From: Chthonomonadales bacterium
Lineage (GTDB): Bacteria > Armatimonadota > Chthonomonadetes > Chthonomonadales > CAJBBX01
DNA length: 41,248 nt
NCBI GenBank assembly: GCA_049967475.1
Contig: JBMFSQ010000030.1
Location: forward strand, 1 to 41,248
Reading direction: 5' to 3'
Below, in pieces: positions 29,757 to 39,931 of this stretch. Below the pieces are notes generated by a model. It ran no database searches, was not told the origin of the DNA, and was given only the letters and a program-made list of their open reading frames with translations. Every line of letters starts with the position of its first letter. Positions within the stretch are counted from its first letter, which is position 1. A program made the translations under genes and the position numbers.

Positions 29757-32700
29757 TCACGGGTCGTAGTCAAGGATGGGCGCCAGCCATCGTTCAGCCT
29801 CGCTTATGCTCCAGCCCTTGCGGCGGGCGTAGTCTTCCACCTGGTCGCGCATCACCCGCCCCACCGGGAAGTATCGGGAGGCTGGATGGGCAAAATAGAG
29901 ACCGCTCACCGACGAAGGAGGAATCATTGCGTAGTTCTCGGTGAGGCGGATGCCGGCGTTTTCCTCGGCATGGAGCAGGTCAAACAGCGTACGCTTCTCG
30001 GTATGATCCGGCGCTGCAGGATATCCTGCCGCCGGTCGAATACCGCGATATCGCTCCTTTATGAGATCCTCGGGAGTTAGGTTCTCCTGCGCACCGTATC
30101 CCCACTCTCTGCGTACGCGAGCATGGAGCCATTCGGCAAAGGCTTCCGCTAGGCGATCGGCCAGAGCCTTCGCCATCGTAACAGAATAAGGATCGTTCTC
30201 ACGCTCGAAGATCGCCACCAGCTCATCCAGACCGTGCCCCGCCGTTACGGCAAATACCCCTAAGTAGTCCCCTATCCCGCTGGATTTCGGCGCTACGAAA
30301 TCTGCCAGTGCGTAGTTCACCTGCCCAGGCCCTTTATCCACCTGTTGGCGAAGGGTGTGAAAAGTGGCTAATATCTCCGAACGGCTGTTATCTGCGTAGA
30401 TCTCGATATCGTCGCCGACGGAATTTGCAGGAAAGAAGCCGTAAACGCCCCGGGGATGCAGCAGCCGCGCAGACACGATGCGTTCCAGAAGAGCCTGCGC
30501 ATCTGCGTACAGATCCCTGGCTTGAGCGCCCACCACGGGATCCTCCAGGATGGCAGGGAAGCGCCCACGCAGCTCCCACGCGTGGAAGAAGGGCGACCAA
30601 TCCACAAAAGGGACGAGCTCCCCAAGGTCCGGCGCAACCGCGCGAACTCCCGTAAACGCCGGAACAGGTACATCCACCGACAGCCAATCGGACGAGAACC
30701 TTCGCTTGCGCGCCTCGGCGAGGGTGAGCAGCGGACGCCGATCCTTGCGGTCGGAATGGGCCTTCCGCGCAGCCTCTTGATCCATCCGGTTCACTGCCAC
30801 AAACTCATCCCGAAGGTTTGGATTGAGAAGCGCAGCGGCCACCCCCACAGCCTTGGAAGCATCGGGGACGTAGACGACGGGGTTTCTGTAAGCCGGCGCG
30901 ATTTTGACTGCAGTGTGTGCGCGGCTGGTTGTGGCGCCGCCAATCAGGAGGGGGATTGTGAAGCCCTCCCGGTCCATCTCGCGGGCGACGTGCGCCATCT
31001 CGTCGAGAGAAGGAGTGATCAAACCACTCAGTCCCACCAGATCGGCGTTCACCTCGCGGGCCGTTTGCAGGATGCGTTCGGCAGGCACCATCACGCCGAG
31101 ATCTATCACATCATAGTTATTGCAGCTCAATACCGTTCCTACGATATTTTTGCCGATATCGTGAACGTCGCCCTTAACCGTTGCGAGAACGATGCGGCCC
31201 TGCGTGCTGAGATCTCCCAGCTTCTTCTTCTCGGCCTCCAGGTAAGGCAGCAAGACTGCCACGGCCTTCTTCATTACCCGCGCGCTCTTGACCACCTGGG
31301 GCAGAAACATCTTGCCCGACCCAAAGAGCTCGCCCACAACATTCATGCCTGCCATGAGCGGCCCTTCGATGACGCTCAATGGACGGCCGTACTTCTCTCT
31401 GGCCTCCTCTACGTCTTGTTCGATGTAGTCTACGATCCCTTTCACCAGCGCATGGGCCAGCCGTTCTTCAACGGTCCCGTGCCGCCAGGCATCGTCCTTT
31501 ACGGCAGCCCGCGTGTGGTGCTTCACGGTTTCGGCATAGGCCATCAGCCGATCCGTAGCATCCGGGCGGCGGTTCAGGAGCACGTCTTCAACGAGCTGCA
31601 GGAGGTCCGCCGGAATTTCCTCATAAACGGCGAGCTGCCCCGCATTCACAATTGCCATATCCAGCCCGGCCCTCACAGCGTGGTAAAGGAAGGCTGCGTG
31701 CATCGCTTCGCGCACCGTGTTGTTGCCTCGGAAAGAAAAGGACACATTGGAGATGCCGCCGCTCGTCTTGCTGAGCGGGAACTTCTCCTTCAGAACCCGA
31801 ACTGCCTCTATGAAGTTGACCGCATAGTCATTGTGCTCTTCCATACCCGTGGCCACGGTGAGCACGGCCGGATCGAAGATGATATCTTGCGGAGCGAAGG
31901 CTACGTCCTCGGTCAGGATGCGGTAGGCCCGTTCGCAGATAGCAACCTTCCGCTCCACGGTGGTTGCCTGCCCTTCTTCGTCGAAGGCCATTACCACCAC
32001 ACCTGCGCCGTAGCGCTTTATGGCTTGGGCTTGTTCCCGAAACTTTTGCTCACCCTCCTTGAGGCTGATGGAGTTCACCACGCCCTTACCCTGAAGGCAC
32101 TGGAGGCCGGCTTCGATGACGGACCACCGCGACGAGTCCAGCATGACGGGCACGCGAGCTACTTCGGGTTCGGCCGCCACGAGGTTGAGGAAGCGCACCA
32201 TGGCGGCTTCGGAATCCAGCATGGCTTCATCGAAATTCACATCAATCATATTCGCGCCGCCTTCCACCTGTTGGCGGGCGATCTTGAGCGCCTCATCGAA
32301 ATCGCCCGCAAGGACCGCTTTGGCGAATTTCGGGGAACCGGTTACGTTGGTGCGCTCGCCGATCATAACGAGGTTCGTGTCAGGACGGATCACAAGGGGA
32401 TCCAGCCCGCTGAAGCGCGTGTACGGCTCGACCTTGGGGATGCGACGCGGAAGATGCACGCGGACCGCCTCAACAATTGCGGCCAGATGTTCCGGAGTTG
32501 TCCCGCAGCAACCTCCCGCGATGTTGAGCCAGCCGTTGGCGGCAAAATCGCCTAGTTCCGCTGCCATGGAACTAGGCGTCGCGTCGTATCCCGTGTCCGA
32601 GAGGGCGTTGGGTAGACCGGCGTTGGGATAACAGCTTACGTACGTGGGAGCCAGCCTGGAAATCTCTTCAACGTAAGGCCGCATCTCCGGAGCGCCGAGA

Positions 32701-33425
32701 GAGCAATTGATGCCCACGGCCAACAGATCCACATGCGACACACTGATGAGAAAGGCTTCCACCGTCTGACCGGAAAGGGTCCTGCCGCTCTTGTCGGTGA
32801 CGGTCACAGAGGCGATCACAGGCACACGGCGACCCGTGCGATGGAACACCTCCTCGATTGCATAAAACGCAGCCTTGGCCACCAGAGTGTCGAAGATCGT
32901 CTCCACCAAGAGCAGGTCCACTCCACCTTCCAGCAGCGCCTCAACCTGTTCTTCATAAACACCAACAAAGTCGCGGAAGGTGTGGGTGCGATAGGCCGGA
33001 TCGTTCACGTCAACCGCCAGCGATGCGGTGCGGTTGGTGGGTCCGATGGATCCCGCAACCCAAATGGGGCGGTCCGATCGAACGGCTGCCCGGCGGGCAA
33101 TCCGCGCTGCTGCAAGGTTCATTTCCCGCACGAGATGGGCTGCGGCAAAATCTTCTTGCGAGATCGCATTCGCATTGAAGGTGTTGGTGGAAAGGAGATC
33201 TGCGCCGGCTTCAATGAAGGACCAATGAAGCGCCTCCACCCATTCGGGGTGCACCAAGTTGAGCATCTCGGTGTCGTTCCGAAGATCCACGGGGTGGTCT
33301 TTGAAGCGCTCTCCCCGGTAATCGTCTTCACGCAGCCTCAAGCGCTGCAAGTTGGTCCCCTTGGGCCCCTCGATGATTACGATGCGTTCCTGCAGCAACG
33401 CGATGAGGTCTGATTGCGTAGCCAT
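29757..33425 (-). CDS. metH: Cobalamin-dependent methionine synthase
   Basis: [45 protein letters not shown] and RPAAGYPA motifs; start at MATQS. Confidence 0.98.
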   Translation of the reverse strand: MATQSDLIALLQERIVIIEGPKGTNLQRLRLREDDYRGERFKDHPVDLRNDTEMLNLVHPEWVEALHWSFIEAGADLLSTNTFNANAISQEDFAAAHLVREMNLAAARIARRAAVRSDRPIWVAGSIGPTNRTASLAVDVNDPAYRTHTFRDFVGVYEEQVEALLEGGVDLLLVETIFDTLVAKAAFYAIEEVFHRTGRRVPVIASVTVTDKSGRTLSGQTVEAFLISVSHVDLLAVGINCSLGAPEMRPYVEEISRLAPTYVSCYPNAGLPNALSDTGYDATPSSMAAELGDFAANGWLNIAGGCCGTTPEHLAAIVEAVRVHLPRRIPKVEPYTRFSGLDPLVIRPDTNLVMIGERTNVTGSPKFAKAVLAGDFDEALKIARQQVEGGANMIDVNFDEAMLDSEAAMVRFLNLVAAEPEVARVPVMLDSSRWSVIEAGLQCLQGKGVVNSISLKEGEQKFREQAQAIKRYGAGVVVMAFDEEGQATTVERKVAICERAYRILTEDVAFAPQDIIFDPAVLTVATGMEEHNDYAVNFIEAVRVLKEKFPLSKTSGGISNVSFSFRGNNTVREAMHAAFLYHAVRAGLDMAIVNAGQLAVYEEIPADLLQLVEDVLLNRRPDATDRLMAYAETVKHHTRAAVKDDAWRHGTVEERLAHALVKGIVDYIEQDVEEAREKYGRPLSVIEGPLMAGMNVVGELFGSGKMFLPQVVKSARVMKKAVAVLLPYLEAEKKKLGDLSTQGRIVLATVKGDVHDIGKNIVGTVLSCNNYDVIDLGVMVPAERILQTAREVNADLVGLSGLITPSLDEMAHVAREMDREGFTIPLLIGGATTSRAHTAVKIAPAYRNPVVYVPDASKAVGVAAALLNPNLRDEFVAVNRMDQEAARKAHSDRKDRRPLLTLAEARKRRFSSDWLSVDVPVPAFTGVRAVAPDLGELVPFVDWSPFFHAWELRGRFPAILEDPVVGAQARDLYADAQALLERIVSARLLHPRGVYGFFPANSVGDDIEIYADNSRSEILATFHTLRQQVDKGPGQVNYALADFVAPKSSGIGDYLGVFAVTAGHGLDELVAIFERENDPYSVTMAKALADRLAEAFAEWLHARVRREWGYGAQENLTPEDLIKERYRGIRPAAGYPAAPDHTEKRTLFDLLHAEENAGIRLTENYAMIPPSSVSGLYFAHPASRYFPVGRVMRDQVEDYARRKGWSISEAERWLAPILDYDP

Positions 33426-33478
33426 AACGGACACCTTCGTGTGGTTGCCGCCTTTTCCCAAGGCCGGCGCGGGATAAT
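33426..33478 (-). promoter_or_regulatory. Candidate structured metH leader with a SAM-I-like P3 element overlapping the RBS
   Basis: TTATC...CGGCAACC-ACACGA-AGGTGTC immediately before the ATG; competing hairpin GCC.GCCTT/AAGGC.GGC. Confidence 0.35.
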
Positions 33479-33527
33479 CATTCTACCTGAAACCGCTCGC
33501 GAGCGGCGGCAGCCTGTAGACACCGCA

Positions 33528-33536
33528 TGTTATAAT
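33528..33536 (+). promoter_or_regulatory. Extended -10 promoter (TGnTATAAT) for larE-larB
   Basis: TGTTATAAT about 41 nt upstream of the larE ATG. Confidence 0.55.
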
Positions 33537-33577
33537 GAACACAATAGACGGCGGCGTGGAAAGGAACCGAAACCCTT

Positions 33578-34504
33578 ATGACGCAAACAATCACCGAGGG
33601 GAAACCCGTCCCTCTGCCCAACCTGGAACTGGAACCCTCTCTTCTGGAGAAGTACACCACCCTTCGAGCGATCCTGCGCGAAATGGGAGCCGTAGTCATC
33701 GGCTATTCCGGAGGGGTTGACAGCACGCTCCTTCTCCGTGTGGCCCGCGATGTACTGGGCGACCGCGCCATCGCCGTGGTGGGCGACTCCGAGGCCTTTC
33801 CGCAAGGTGAGGTAGATGCTGCCTTGGCCGTGGCGCAACAGATGGGCGTCCAGGTGGTGCGGGTTCGGACCCATGAGCTCTCCAACATCCACTTCCGTGT
33901 AAACAACCCGGACCGGTGCTACCATTGCAAATCGGAATTGTTCAAAGAGCTTTGGGACGTGGCCCAGTCGCACTCGATCCCGTGGGTGGCGGATGGGTCC
34001 CATGCCGATGACGTGGGCGACCACCGCCCAGGTATGATCGCTGCCGCAGAGAAGAACGTTCGTAGTCCTTTGAAGGAGGCAGGCATCACCAAGGCTGAGA
34101 TCCGCACTCTCGCTCGAGCTCTCGGGATCCCCAACTGGGACAAACCCTCTTTCGCATGCCTTTCCTCGCGTTTCCCATACGGCACACAGATCACGCCGGA
34201 ACTTTTGCACCGCCTGGATCAATGCGAAAAGTTCCTCCGGAATTTGGGCTTCCGGCAGCTTCGGGTTCGCCACCACGACACCATAGCCCGCATCGAGGTA
34301 GAACCGCAGGACCTCGCCCGGGTTCTCGATCATCGTGAAGCCATCAACAAGCGCTTCAAAGAACTGGGATATACGTACGTTACCCTCGATCTGGAGGGAT
34401 ATCGAAGCGGCAAGATGAATGACCCCCTCAAGACATCAGCCAACGTGGTATCCGTCGCGGCGATCCTAGGGGCACGGGAAAGCACCAATGGGCCATCTAT
34501 CTGA
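33578..34504 (+). CDS. larE: ATP-dependent sulfur transferase LarE (nickel-pincer nucleotide biosynthesis)
   Basis: YSGGVDS PP-loop, RCYHCK, DD..DHRPG, WDKPSFACLSSRFPYG, RVRHH...ARIE and DLEGYRSG motifs. Confidence 0.93.
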   Translation: MTQTITEGKPVPLPNLELEPSLLEKYTTLRAILREMGAVVIGYSGGVDSTLLLRVARDVLGDRAIAVVGDSEAFPQGEVDAALAVAQQMGVQVVRVRTHELSNIHFRVNNPDRCYHCKSELFKELWDVAQSHSIPWVADGSHADDVGDHRPGMIAAAEKNVRSPLKEAGITKAEIRTLARALGIPNWDKPSFACLSSRFPYGTQITPELLHRLDQCEKFLRNLGFRQLRVRHHDTIARIEVEPQDLARVLDHREAINKRFKELGYTYVTLDLEGYRSGKMNDPLKTSANVVSVAAILGARESTNGPSI

Positions 34505-34527
34505 CGGCGTGCAGAGCAGCATCAGTC

Positions 34528-35322
34528 ATGGATGCTGACGCACTTCGCAGCCTCCTCGAAGAGGTGCGCCAGCAGCGGCTGCCCGTAGACGCGGCGATAG
34601 AACGCTTGCGCCACCTGCCCTTCGAGGATCTCGGCTTCGCAAAACTGGACCACCACCGCGCGCTGCGGACCGGCTTTCCTGAGGTGATCTATTGCCCGGG
34701 CAAACGTTTGGAACACATTCTGGCAATAGTCGGAAGCCTTCGGCAACGCGCGCCGCACGTACTGGCGACACGCGCCGACGGACCCACAGCAGCAGCAATC
34801 CGGGAATCGTATCCCGAGGCCGAATATCGGGAGATGGCGCGCATCGTTCTGATCCCTGGTTTGCAGCCCGCTCCTCCTTCGCCCCGCGTCCACGGAACCG
34901 TGGCGGTGGTGGCCGCAGGCACTGCAGATCTGCCCGTAGCTGAAGAGGCCGCCGTAACCATAGAGGCCCTCGGCTCTCCGGTCGAGCGCATCTATGACGT
35001 TGGAGTAGCGGGCCTCCACCGGTTGTTGGCGCAGCGCGCCAAGCTCTACGAGGCTGCGGTAGTGGTAGTAGTTGCGGGGATGGAAGGAGCTCTGGCATCG
35101 GTAGTAGGCGGTCTTGTGAGTGCTCCGGTCGTAGCAGTCCCCACAAGTGTTGGCTATGGCGCCCATTTCGGCGGTTTGGCGCCTCTCCTTACGATGCTCA
35201 ATTCTTGCGCCACCGGTGTGGCCGTGGTCAATATAGATAACGGCTTCGGCGCAGGCGCCTATGCGCATCTGGTGAACCTGTGCCGCAGCGACCCTTCTAT
35301 GGATGTGGAGCACAACGAATGA
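34528..35322 (+). CDS. larB: NaAD carboxylase/hydrolase LarB
   Basis: DHHR.LRTGFPEVI, AGTADLPVAEEA, DVGVAGLHR, AGMEGAL, PTSVGYG and NSCA.GV.VVNIDNGFGA motifs. Confidence 0.95.
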   Translation: MDADALRSLLEEVRQQRLPVDAAIERLRHLPFEDLGFAKLDHHRALRTGFPEVIYCPGKRLEHILAIVGSLRQRAPHVLATRADGPTAAAIRESYPEAEYREMARIVLIPGLQPAPPSPRVHGTVAVVAAGTADLPVAEEAAVTIEALGSPVERIYDVGVAGLHRLLAQRAKLYEAAVVVVVAGMEGALASVVGGLVSAPVVAVPTSVGYGAHFGGLAPLLTMLNSCATGVAVVNIDNGFGAGAYAHLVNLCRSDPSMDVEHNE

Positions 35323-36305
35323 AGCAGGATTCCAACTGGGTTGTGGTGGGATACGGAATGGGCGCTTATCACGCGCGCCTCATCTCCGGGACCCAGGGGT
35401 TGAACCTCTTCGGCATCTGCGACACCGATAGCCACAAGCGCGAACGCGCCAAGGCTGAATACCCGGATGCCAAGATATACTCAGACTTCGCTCAGGTGCT
35501 AACCGATCCAAAAGCGGACGGCGTGGTGATCGTTACACCCCATAACCTCCATGCCCCCATGGCCATCCAGGCAATGGATGCCGGAAAGCACGTCGTCACA
35601 GATAAAGCCATGTGCCTTTCGGTGGACGAGGCACGCCGAATGATCCAAGCCAGGGATCGCAATGGCGTTCTTCTTTCCACATTCCATAACCGAAGGTGGG
35701 ATGGCGACTTCCTTACGGTACGCAGGATCCTGGAGGATGGCCTCATCGGGGATCTCTACCATATCCAATCCTGCGTAACAGGCTGGGGAACTCCGGGAGG
35801 ATGGCGATCCGACCGCACACAGATGGGCGGCTGGCTCTATGATTGGGGCGCCCATACGCTGGACCAAATCCTTCTGCTTGCCCGATCGCAACCCGTGCGC
35901 GTCTACGCCTTCGCCCACCATCGCCCGGCCGGTTCTTCTTCAGTAGAAGATTACATCCACTGCACCGTGACCTTCGCTTCGGGCCTCACAGCGGTAACCG
36001 TCATTGGGTACCTCAACCGCATCCCGATGGAGCGATGGTACGTTATGGGCACCAGGGGTACGCTGGCGTGCTCCGGCTTCGACGGCCCGGTTCGCCTCAA
36101 TACGGATCTTGGCTCCGTCACAGGAGAGATAGCAGTCCCCTTGTTGAAGGGCGATTGGGCGAGCTTCTACCAGAACATCGCCGCCTTCCTCGCGGGCGAC
36201 GAAGAGCTGCAAGTTCGGCCCGAAGAATTGATCCCCCAGATTGCCATCGCCGAGGCTGCGTACCAGTCCATCGCCTCTGGAACCGCAGTCACATTGGCAA
36301 TCTAG
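35319..36305 (+). CDS. Cytoplasmic Gfo/Idh/MocA oxidoreductase
   Basis: VVGYG, TPH..H, TDKAM, NRRWDGDF and DWGAH..D motifs; ATGA overlap with larB. Confidence 0.9.
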   Translation: MKQDSNWVVVGYGMGAYHARLISGTQGLNLFGICDTDSHKRERAKAEYPDAKIYSDFAQVLTDPKADGVVIVTPHNLHAPMAIQAMDAGKHVVTDKAMCLSVDEARRMIQARDRNGVLLSTFHNRRWDGDFLTVRRILEDGLIGDLYHIQSCVTGWGTPGGWRSDRTQMGGWLYDWGAHTLDQILLLARSQPVRVYAFAHHRPAGSSSVEDYIHCTVTFASGLTAVTVIGYLNRIPMERWYVMGTRGTLACSGFDGPVRLNTDLGSVTGEIAVPLLKGDWASFYQNIAAFLAGDEELQVRPEELIPQIAIAEAAYQSIASGTAVTLAI

Positions 36306-36326
36306 GCCAAGCCCGCTCAAGGAAGA

Positions 36327-36355
36327 GGGGGCGTTCCGCGGCGGGAACGCGCCCC
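36327..36355 (-). terminator. GC-rich hairpin between convergent Gfo and gpmA genes
   Basis: GGGG-GCGTTCC / GGAACGC-g-CCCC stem; pyrimidine run TCTTCCTT follows on the minus strand. Confidence 0.5.
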
Positions 36356-36359
36356 GGTG

Positions 36360-36986
36360 TCATATTGCAGCGGGCTCTGGGCGCAGTTCCGTTTTGGAAA
36401 GCACCTTTCCATCGGCATCTATTTCATAGATAATGGGGACGCCGTTGGGAATGTTCAGCTCAAGGACCTGTTCCTTGGTAAGGTTGTCCAGGTACATGAC
36501 GATGGCTCGGAGGCTGTTGCCGTGGGCAGACACGAGAACCGTTTTCCCTGCCATCACTTCAGGCAGAATTACCTCTTTGAAGTAAGGGATGGCGCGGGCT
36601 GCCGTGTCCTTCAAACTTTCGCCATTGGGCGGCGCCACATCGTAGCTTCGCCTCCAGAGCTTTACCTGTTCCTCGCCGAATTTCTTGGCTGTCTCCGCCT
36701 TGTTCAATCCCTGGAGATCACCATACATGCGCTCATTGATGGCCTTGTCATAGTAGATCGGCACGTTCTCCTGGCCGGCCGCCTTGAGGGCGATCTTCAA
36801 GGTATCAATCGCGCGGACCAACACGCTGGTGAACGCAACATCAATGGGGATATCGCGAAGCAGTTTCCCAGCCTCTTCGGCTTCCTTCCTGCCCTGCTCG
36901 GTAAGCGGCACATCAATCCATCCGGTAAACCGGTTCTCCAGGTTCCATGTAGATTGACCGTGCCGCAGAAGGATCAACTTGCCCAT
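36360..36986 (-). CDS. gpmA: 2,3-bisphosphoglycerate-dependent phosphoglycerate mutase
   Basis: LRHGQS.WN..NRFTGW.D, NERMYG.LQG, WRRSYD and AHGNSLR motifs. Confidence 0.96.
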   Translation of the reverse strand: MGKLILLRHGQSTWNLENRFTGWIDVPLTEQGRKEAEEAGKLLRDIPIDVAFTSVLVRAIDTLKIALKAAGQENVPIYYDKAINERMYGDLQGLNKAETAKKFGEEQVKLWRRSYDVAPPNGESLKDTAARAIPYFKEVILPEVMAGKTVLVSAHGNSLRAIVMYLDNLTKEQVLELNIPNGVPIIYEIDADGKVLSKTELRPEPAAI

Positions 36987-37130
36987 CGTAAAGTTCCTCT
37001 TGCCACGCAGAATGCTTCATCAAAGGATTATACCCATGCGGCACGAGCGAAGCGGGCGTTCCGGAACCCCGCGCCCCCTATCGATCCAAGCGAAGGATGC
37101 CGGGATTGTCTCTTGCGCTGACCGACATGT

Positions 37131-38846
37131 TTACCCGCCGCTGTCCCGAAGGATGCGTTCCAGCGCATTCCGGCGTGCCTCGAGTACGTGGAGCGCATCG
37201 CGCATTGCCTCCTCGCCTTCCTGCTGCAGCCGCCGTGCACGCGCGATGCCGCGTTCCGCCGCATCGAGTACTTCTTTGAGCACGAACCGGAGCTCGCTCT
37301 CGAGGTGCAGCCGGCTATCCTGTATGCGCTGCTTTAGGCTGTTCTCCACGCGCTGAGCGTTGGCATCCAAAAGGAGCGTCAAGAACTCCCCAGCGCTGCG
37401 CGTTATGGACCGGAAAACCCAGGACCTAGGCAGCAGCAGATCGCCCACCCACTGCACAGCAGGCACCAGCCCGGCAGGAGACGCGACGTGAAGAAATTCG
37501 TTGAAGGCAAACCTTCGGCGCCGGCCCACCACGTCGTCTCCCCCGAGCTCGTCGGGAATGGGAACGGAAGACCACGCTCCGGATGCGCGCAGGCGCCCCA
37601 ACAGTTCGTTCACCATTTGCGTGAGCCTTTGGGTCGTACCGCGATAAGCAGCCTCGGCTTCCCTTTCACTCGCCTGAAGCCACGGGGCGATCTTGCGGCG
37701 AGCAATATCCAGCGCAAGCTGCATCGCTTCTCGCCGCAGGGTGCTGCGCTTGCGCAAACGCATGGCGTGGAGCGACTGCGTAAGCTCTTCCAGAGCCTCC
37801 GGAACCGCTGCTTTGAGGAACTCCTCCCTACGCTGGGCAAAAGTCCGCCCGATACGCTGGATCTCGGCATCCAGAAGGGGCCCGATCTCCCAAAGGGCCC
37901 GGGAAGCCTCTTCGGAGGCACTCCGCAGCACCTTCAAACGTTCCTCTGTTTCTGCGATGGGGCGGCGCAAAGCATCCGCCTCTTCCCCCAGGATGTTGTT
38001 CAATCGAGATCCGAGCCGCAAGATGCCCCGCTTGACCGCACCTTCCACGAGTTCTGTGGCTGAAGCCACAGCCAGCCGCCGCAGGTGTTGTTCCAAATCG
38101 CACCAATCCCGCGTGCATCGTCCTCCAGCGATGCGCTCCAGAGCGCTTACTCGGAAGATCCGCTCCACCGGCCGCGCCAACCGCTGGGAGAGCACGCGTT
38201 GGGCGAATTGCACCGATGCGTCACATTCCATGTGGGTCACACGGTCCGCCTTGTTCAACACGAACACGAAGTAGTCCACATTGCGGGCGATTTGCTCGGC
38301 CAGGGCAATCTCCTCGCCCGAGATGGGCGGGTCGGGGCCGATGACGAGCAAAGCAGCATCAATATGGGGCACAAAATCACGCGTAGCCTCGGTGTTGGCA
38401 GCAAACACGGATCCCAATCCCGGAGTGTCTACGAAGCAGAGGCCCGTACTCAGCAAATCTGAAGGTACGAAGACCTCCACCGCTTCGATCTGCTTGATAT
38501 TTCCGGGGTTCTCCTCTTCCGACACGTACAGGTGCAGGTTGGCGGGATCCAATTCCTGCCATCCTTCACCAGGATGCCTCAGCCGCGCCGCCAGCAGTTC
38601 CCCGTATCGCAATACGGTCACCACCGAGGTTACGGGAACCGTTCCCGTGGGAAGAACCTGCGCACCTGTGAGCGCATTGATCAACGTAGATTTGCCGCGC
38701 TTAAATTGGCCTACGCATGCCACATAGAAGCGACCTTCACGGGCCCGTTCCGCCAAGGCATGAGCCTCGTCTGCTATGGATTGAGCGCCCATCTCCCGGG
38801 CTAGAAGCTCCAGATGCGTAAGCCGCTCAGGGTCCATGCGTATCAC
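37131..38846 (-). CDS. Bacterial dynamin-like GTPase
   Basis: G1 GQFKRGKS, G2 PVT, G3 DTPG and G4 NKAD; long helical/coiled-coil C-terminus with a hydrophobic tip; GTG overlaps the DUF190 stop (alternative ATG 38837). Confidence 0.9.
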   Translation of the reverse strand: MIRMDPERLTHLELLAREMGAQSIADEAHALAERAREGRFYVACVGQFKRGKSTLINALTGAQVLPTGTVPVTSVVTVLRYGELLAARLRHPGEGWQELDPANLHLYVSEEENPGNIKQIEAVEVFVPSDLLSTGLCFVDTPGLGSVFAANTEATRDFVPHIDAALLVIGPDPPISGEEIALAEQIARNVDYFVFVLNKADRVTHMECDASVQFAQRVLSQRLARPVERIFRVSALERIAGGRCTRDWCDLEQHLRRLAVASATELVEGAVKRGILRLGSRLNNILGEEADALRRPIAETEERLKVLRSASEEASRALWEIGPLLDAEIQRIGRTFAQRREEFLKAAVPEALEELTQSLHAMRLRKRSTLRREAMQLALDIARRKIAPWLQASEREAEAAYRGTTQRLTQMVNELLGRLRASGAWSSVPIPDELGGDDVVGRRRRFAFNEFLHVASPAGLVPAVQWVGDLLLPRSWVFRSITRSAGEFLTLLLDANAQRVENSLKQRIQDSRLHLESELRFVLKEVLDAAERGIARARRLQQEGEEAMRDALHVLEARRNALERILRDSGG

Positions 38847-39184
38847 TCCCTGGGTGCGTGAACATACTTGATGACCTCACAATCCTGAACGAGGATCAAG
38901 CCTTCGGACACCATTTCGTCCAAGAGGGGCAAAAAGAGATTGATGCGCTCGGCCGTGTCCACGATTTCGATTACAATGGGCAAGTCCTCAGACAAGCGCA
39001 GGATGGAAGCCGTATGGATGCGGCTGTTCGCTCCAAAGCCTTCAATGCCCCGTAGGACGGTGGCGCCTGCCAGCCCTTCCTTTCGTGCACGCTCCACAAT
39101 GGCTGTGAACAGAGCCTTGCCATGCCACTGATCCGTCTCCCCAATGTAGATGCGAACCTTCTTGGCAGCACCGGTTATCTTCAC
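38843..39184 (-). CDS. DUF190 (PII-like) protein
   Basis: RIYIGE.D...G, GLAGATV.RGIEGFG and H...LRLSEDLPIVIEIVD motifs; AAGGAGG RBS; usual crcB neighbour. Confidence 0.93.
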   Translation of the reverse strand: MKITGAAKKVRIYIGETDQWHGKALFTAIVERARKEGLAGATVLRGIEGFGANSRIHTASILRLSEDLPIVIEIVDTAERINLFLPLLDEMVSEGLILVQDCEVIKYVHAPRE

Positions 39185-39198
39185 AATCGGCCTCCTTC

Positions 39199-39603
39199 TC
39201 AGAACCTGCCCCTAAGGAGCATTCGGGCGAGGATTACACCTGCGTAGGCAGCAACCAGGCCTGCTGCTACACTCATACTCACATTCACTGCCGCCGCCCG
39301 AAGGCGCAACCCCTCTCCGATGAGGCGAAGTGTTTCATACTCGAAGGTCGAGAACGTAGTATAGGCGCCGACGAACCCAATCGCCACCAAAAGCCGCCAG
39401 TAGTCACTCCACGGAAAATGGAGGGCAAGAGTGGCAAACACACCCAGAACAAAACACCCGCTCACATTGACCACAAGAGTTCCATAGGGGAACGATGGCC
39501 CCAATCGCTCCTGTACCCAGCCGCCAATGAGGTAACGGGCGTTGGCGCCGATAAAGCCTCCTACTCCAACCACCAGATAGCGCATCAGTTTCGGATGAGC
39601 CAA
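39199..39603 (-). CDS. crcB: Fluoride channel Fluc/CrcB
   Basis: GG.IGA.ARY, FPYGTL.VN..G and G..GAYTTFSTF motifs; AAAGGAGG RBS before TTG. Confidence 0.96.
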   Translation of the reverse strand: MAHPKLMRYLVVGVGGFIGANARYLIGGWVQERLGPSFPYGTLVVNVSGCFVLGVFATLALHFPWSDYWRLLVAIGFVGAYTTFSTFEYETLRLIGEGLRLRAAAVNVSMSVAAGLVAAYAGVILARMLLRGRF

Positions 39604-39691
39604 TTATCCGCCTCCTTTCGAGGGCTGCACGTCTGCGGCTGCGACGAACCCATGTAGATGTAGTTTTTGCGAATGCGTGCCGGGCCCGTGT

Positions 39692-39918
39692 TTACCCGGC
39701 CGACGTACAATCGGCTGAACGCTCCGGATTGCCCTGTCGGTTGCCCCGCACAAACCATAATCCCGCCAGAGCCAGAGTGGCGAAACCCGCTCCAGCCGCA
39801 AAAGGAGCCGAAGGCGACACACGCTGATACAAGATCCCGGCAATTACGCTTGCGGGAAGCGCCATCAAACCGGTCGTCTCACCTGCGCCGATTGCCGTGA
39901 CAGGGTAATGATGCCCAT
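39692..39918 (-). pseudogene. Chimeric remnant: frameshifted cytidylate-kinase-like N-terminus fused to an MFS transporter C-terminus
   Basis: AGGAG RBS then MGIITLSRQ / frameshift / IGAGETT, running into [41 protein letters not shown]...stop. Confidence 0.65.
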
Positions 39919-39931
39919 GGCCGTCTCCTGC

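Noticed and set aside
30456..32555. 699-aa plus-strand ORF
   Set aside because: Antisense shadow of metH
39604..39931. Fluoride riboswitch upstream of crcB
   Set aside because: Fragments such as CGCCATCAAACCG and TAATGATGCCC are on the wrong strand and lack the GGNGATGG 5' element. The region is better explained as the gene remnant. A riboswitch could still lie beyond the window end.
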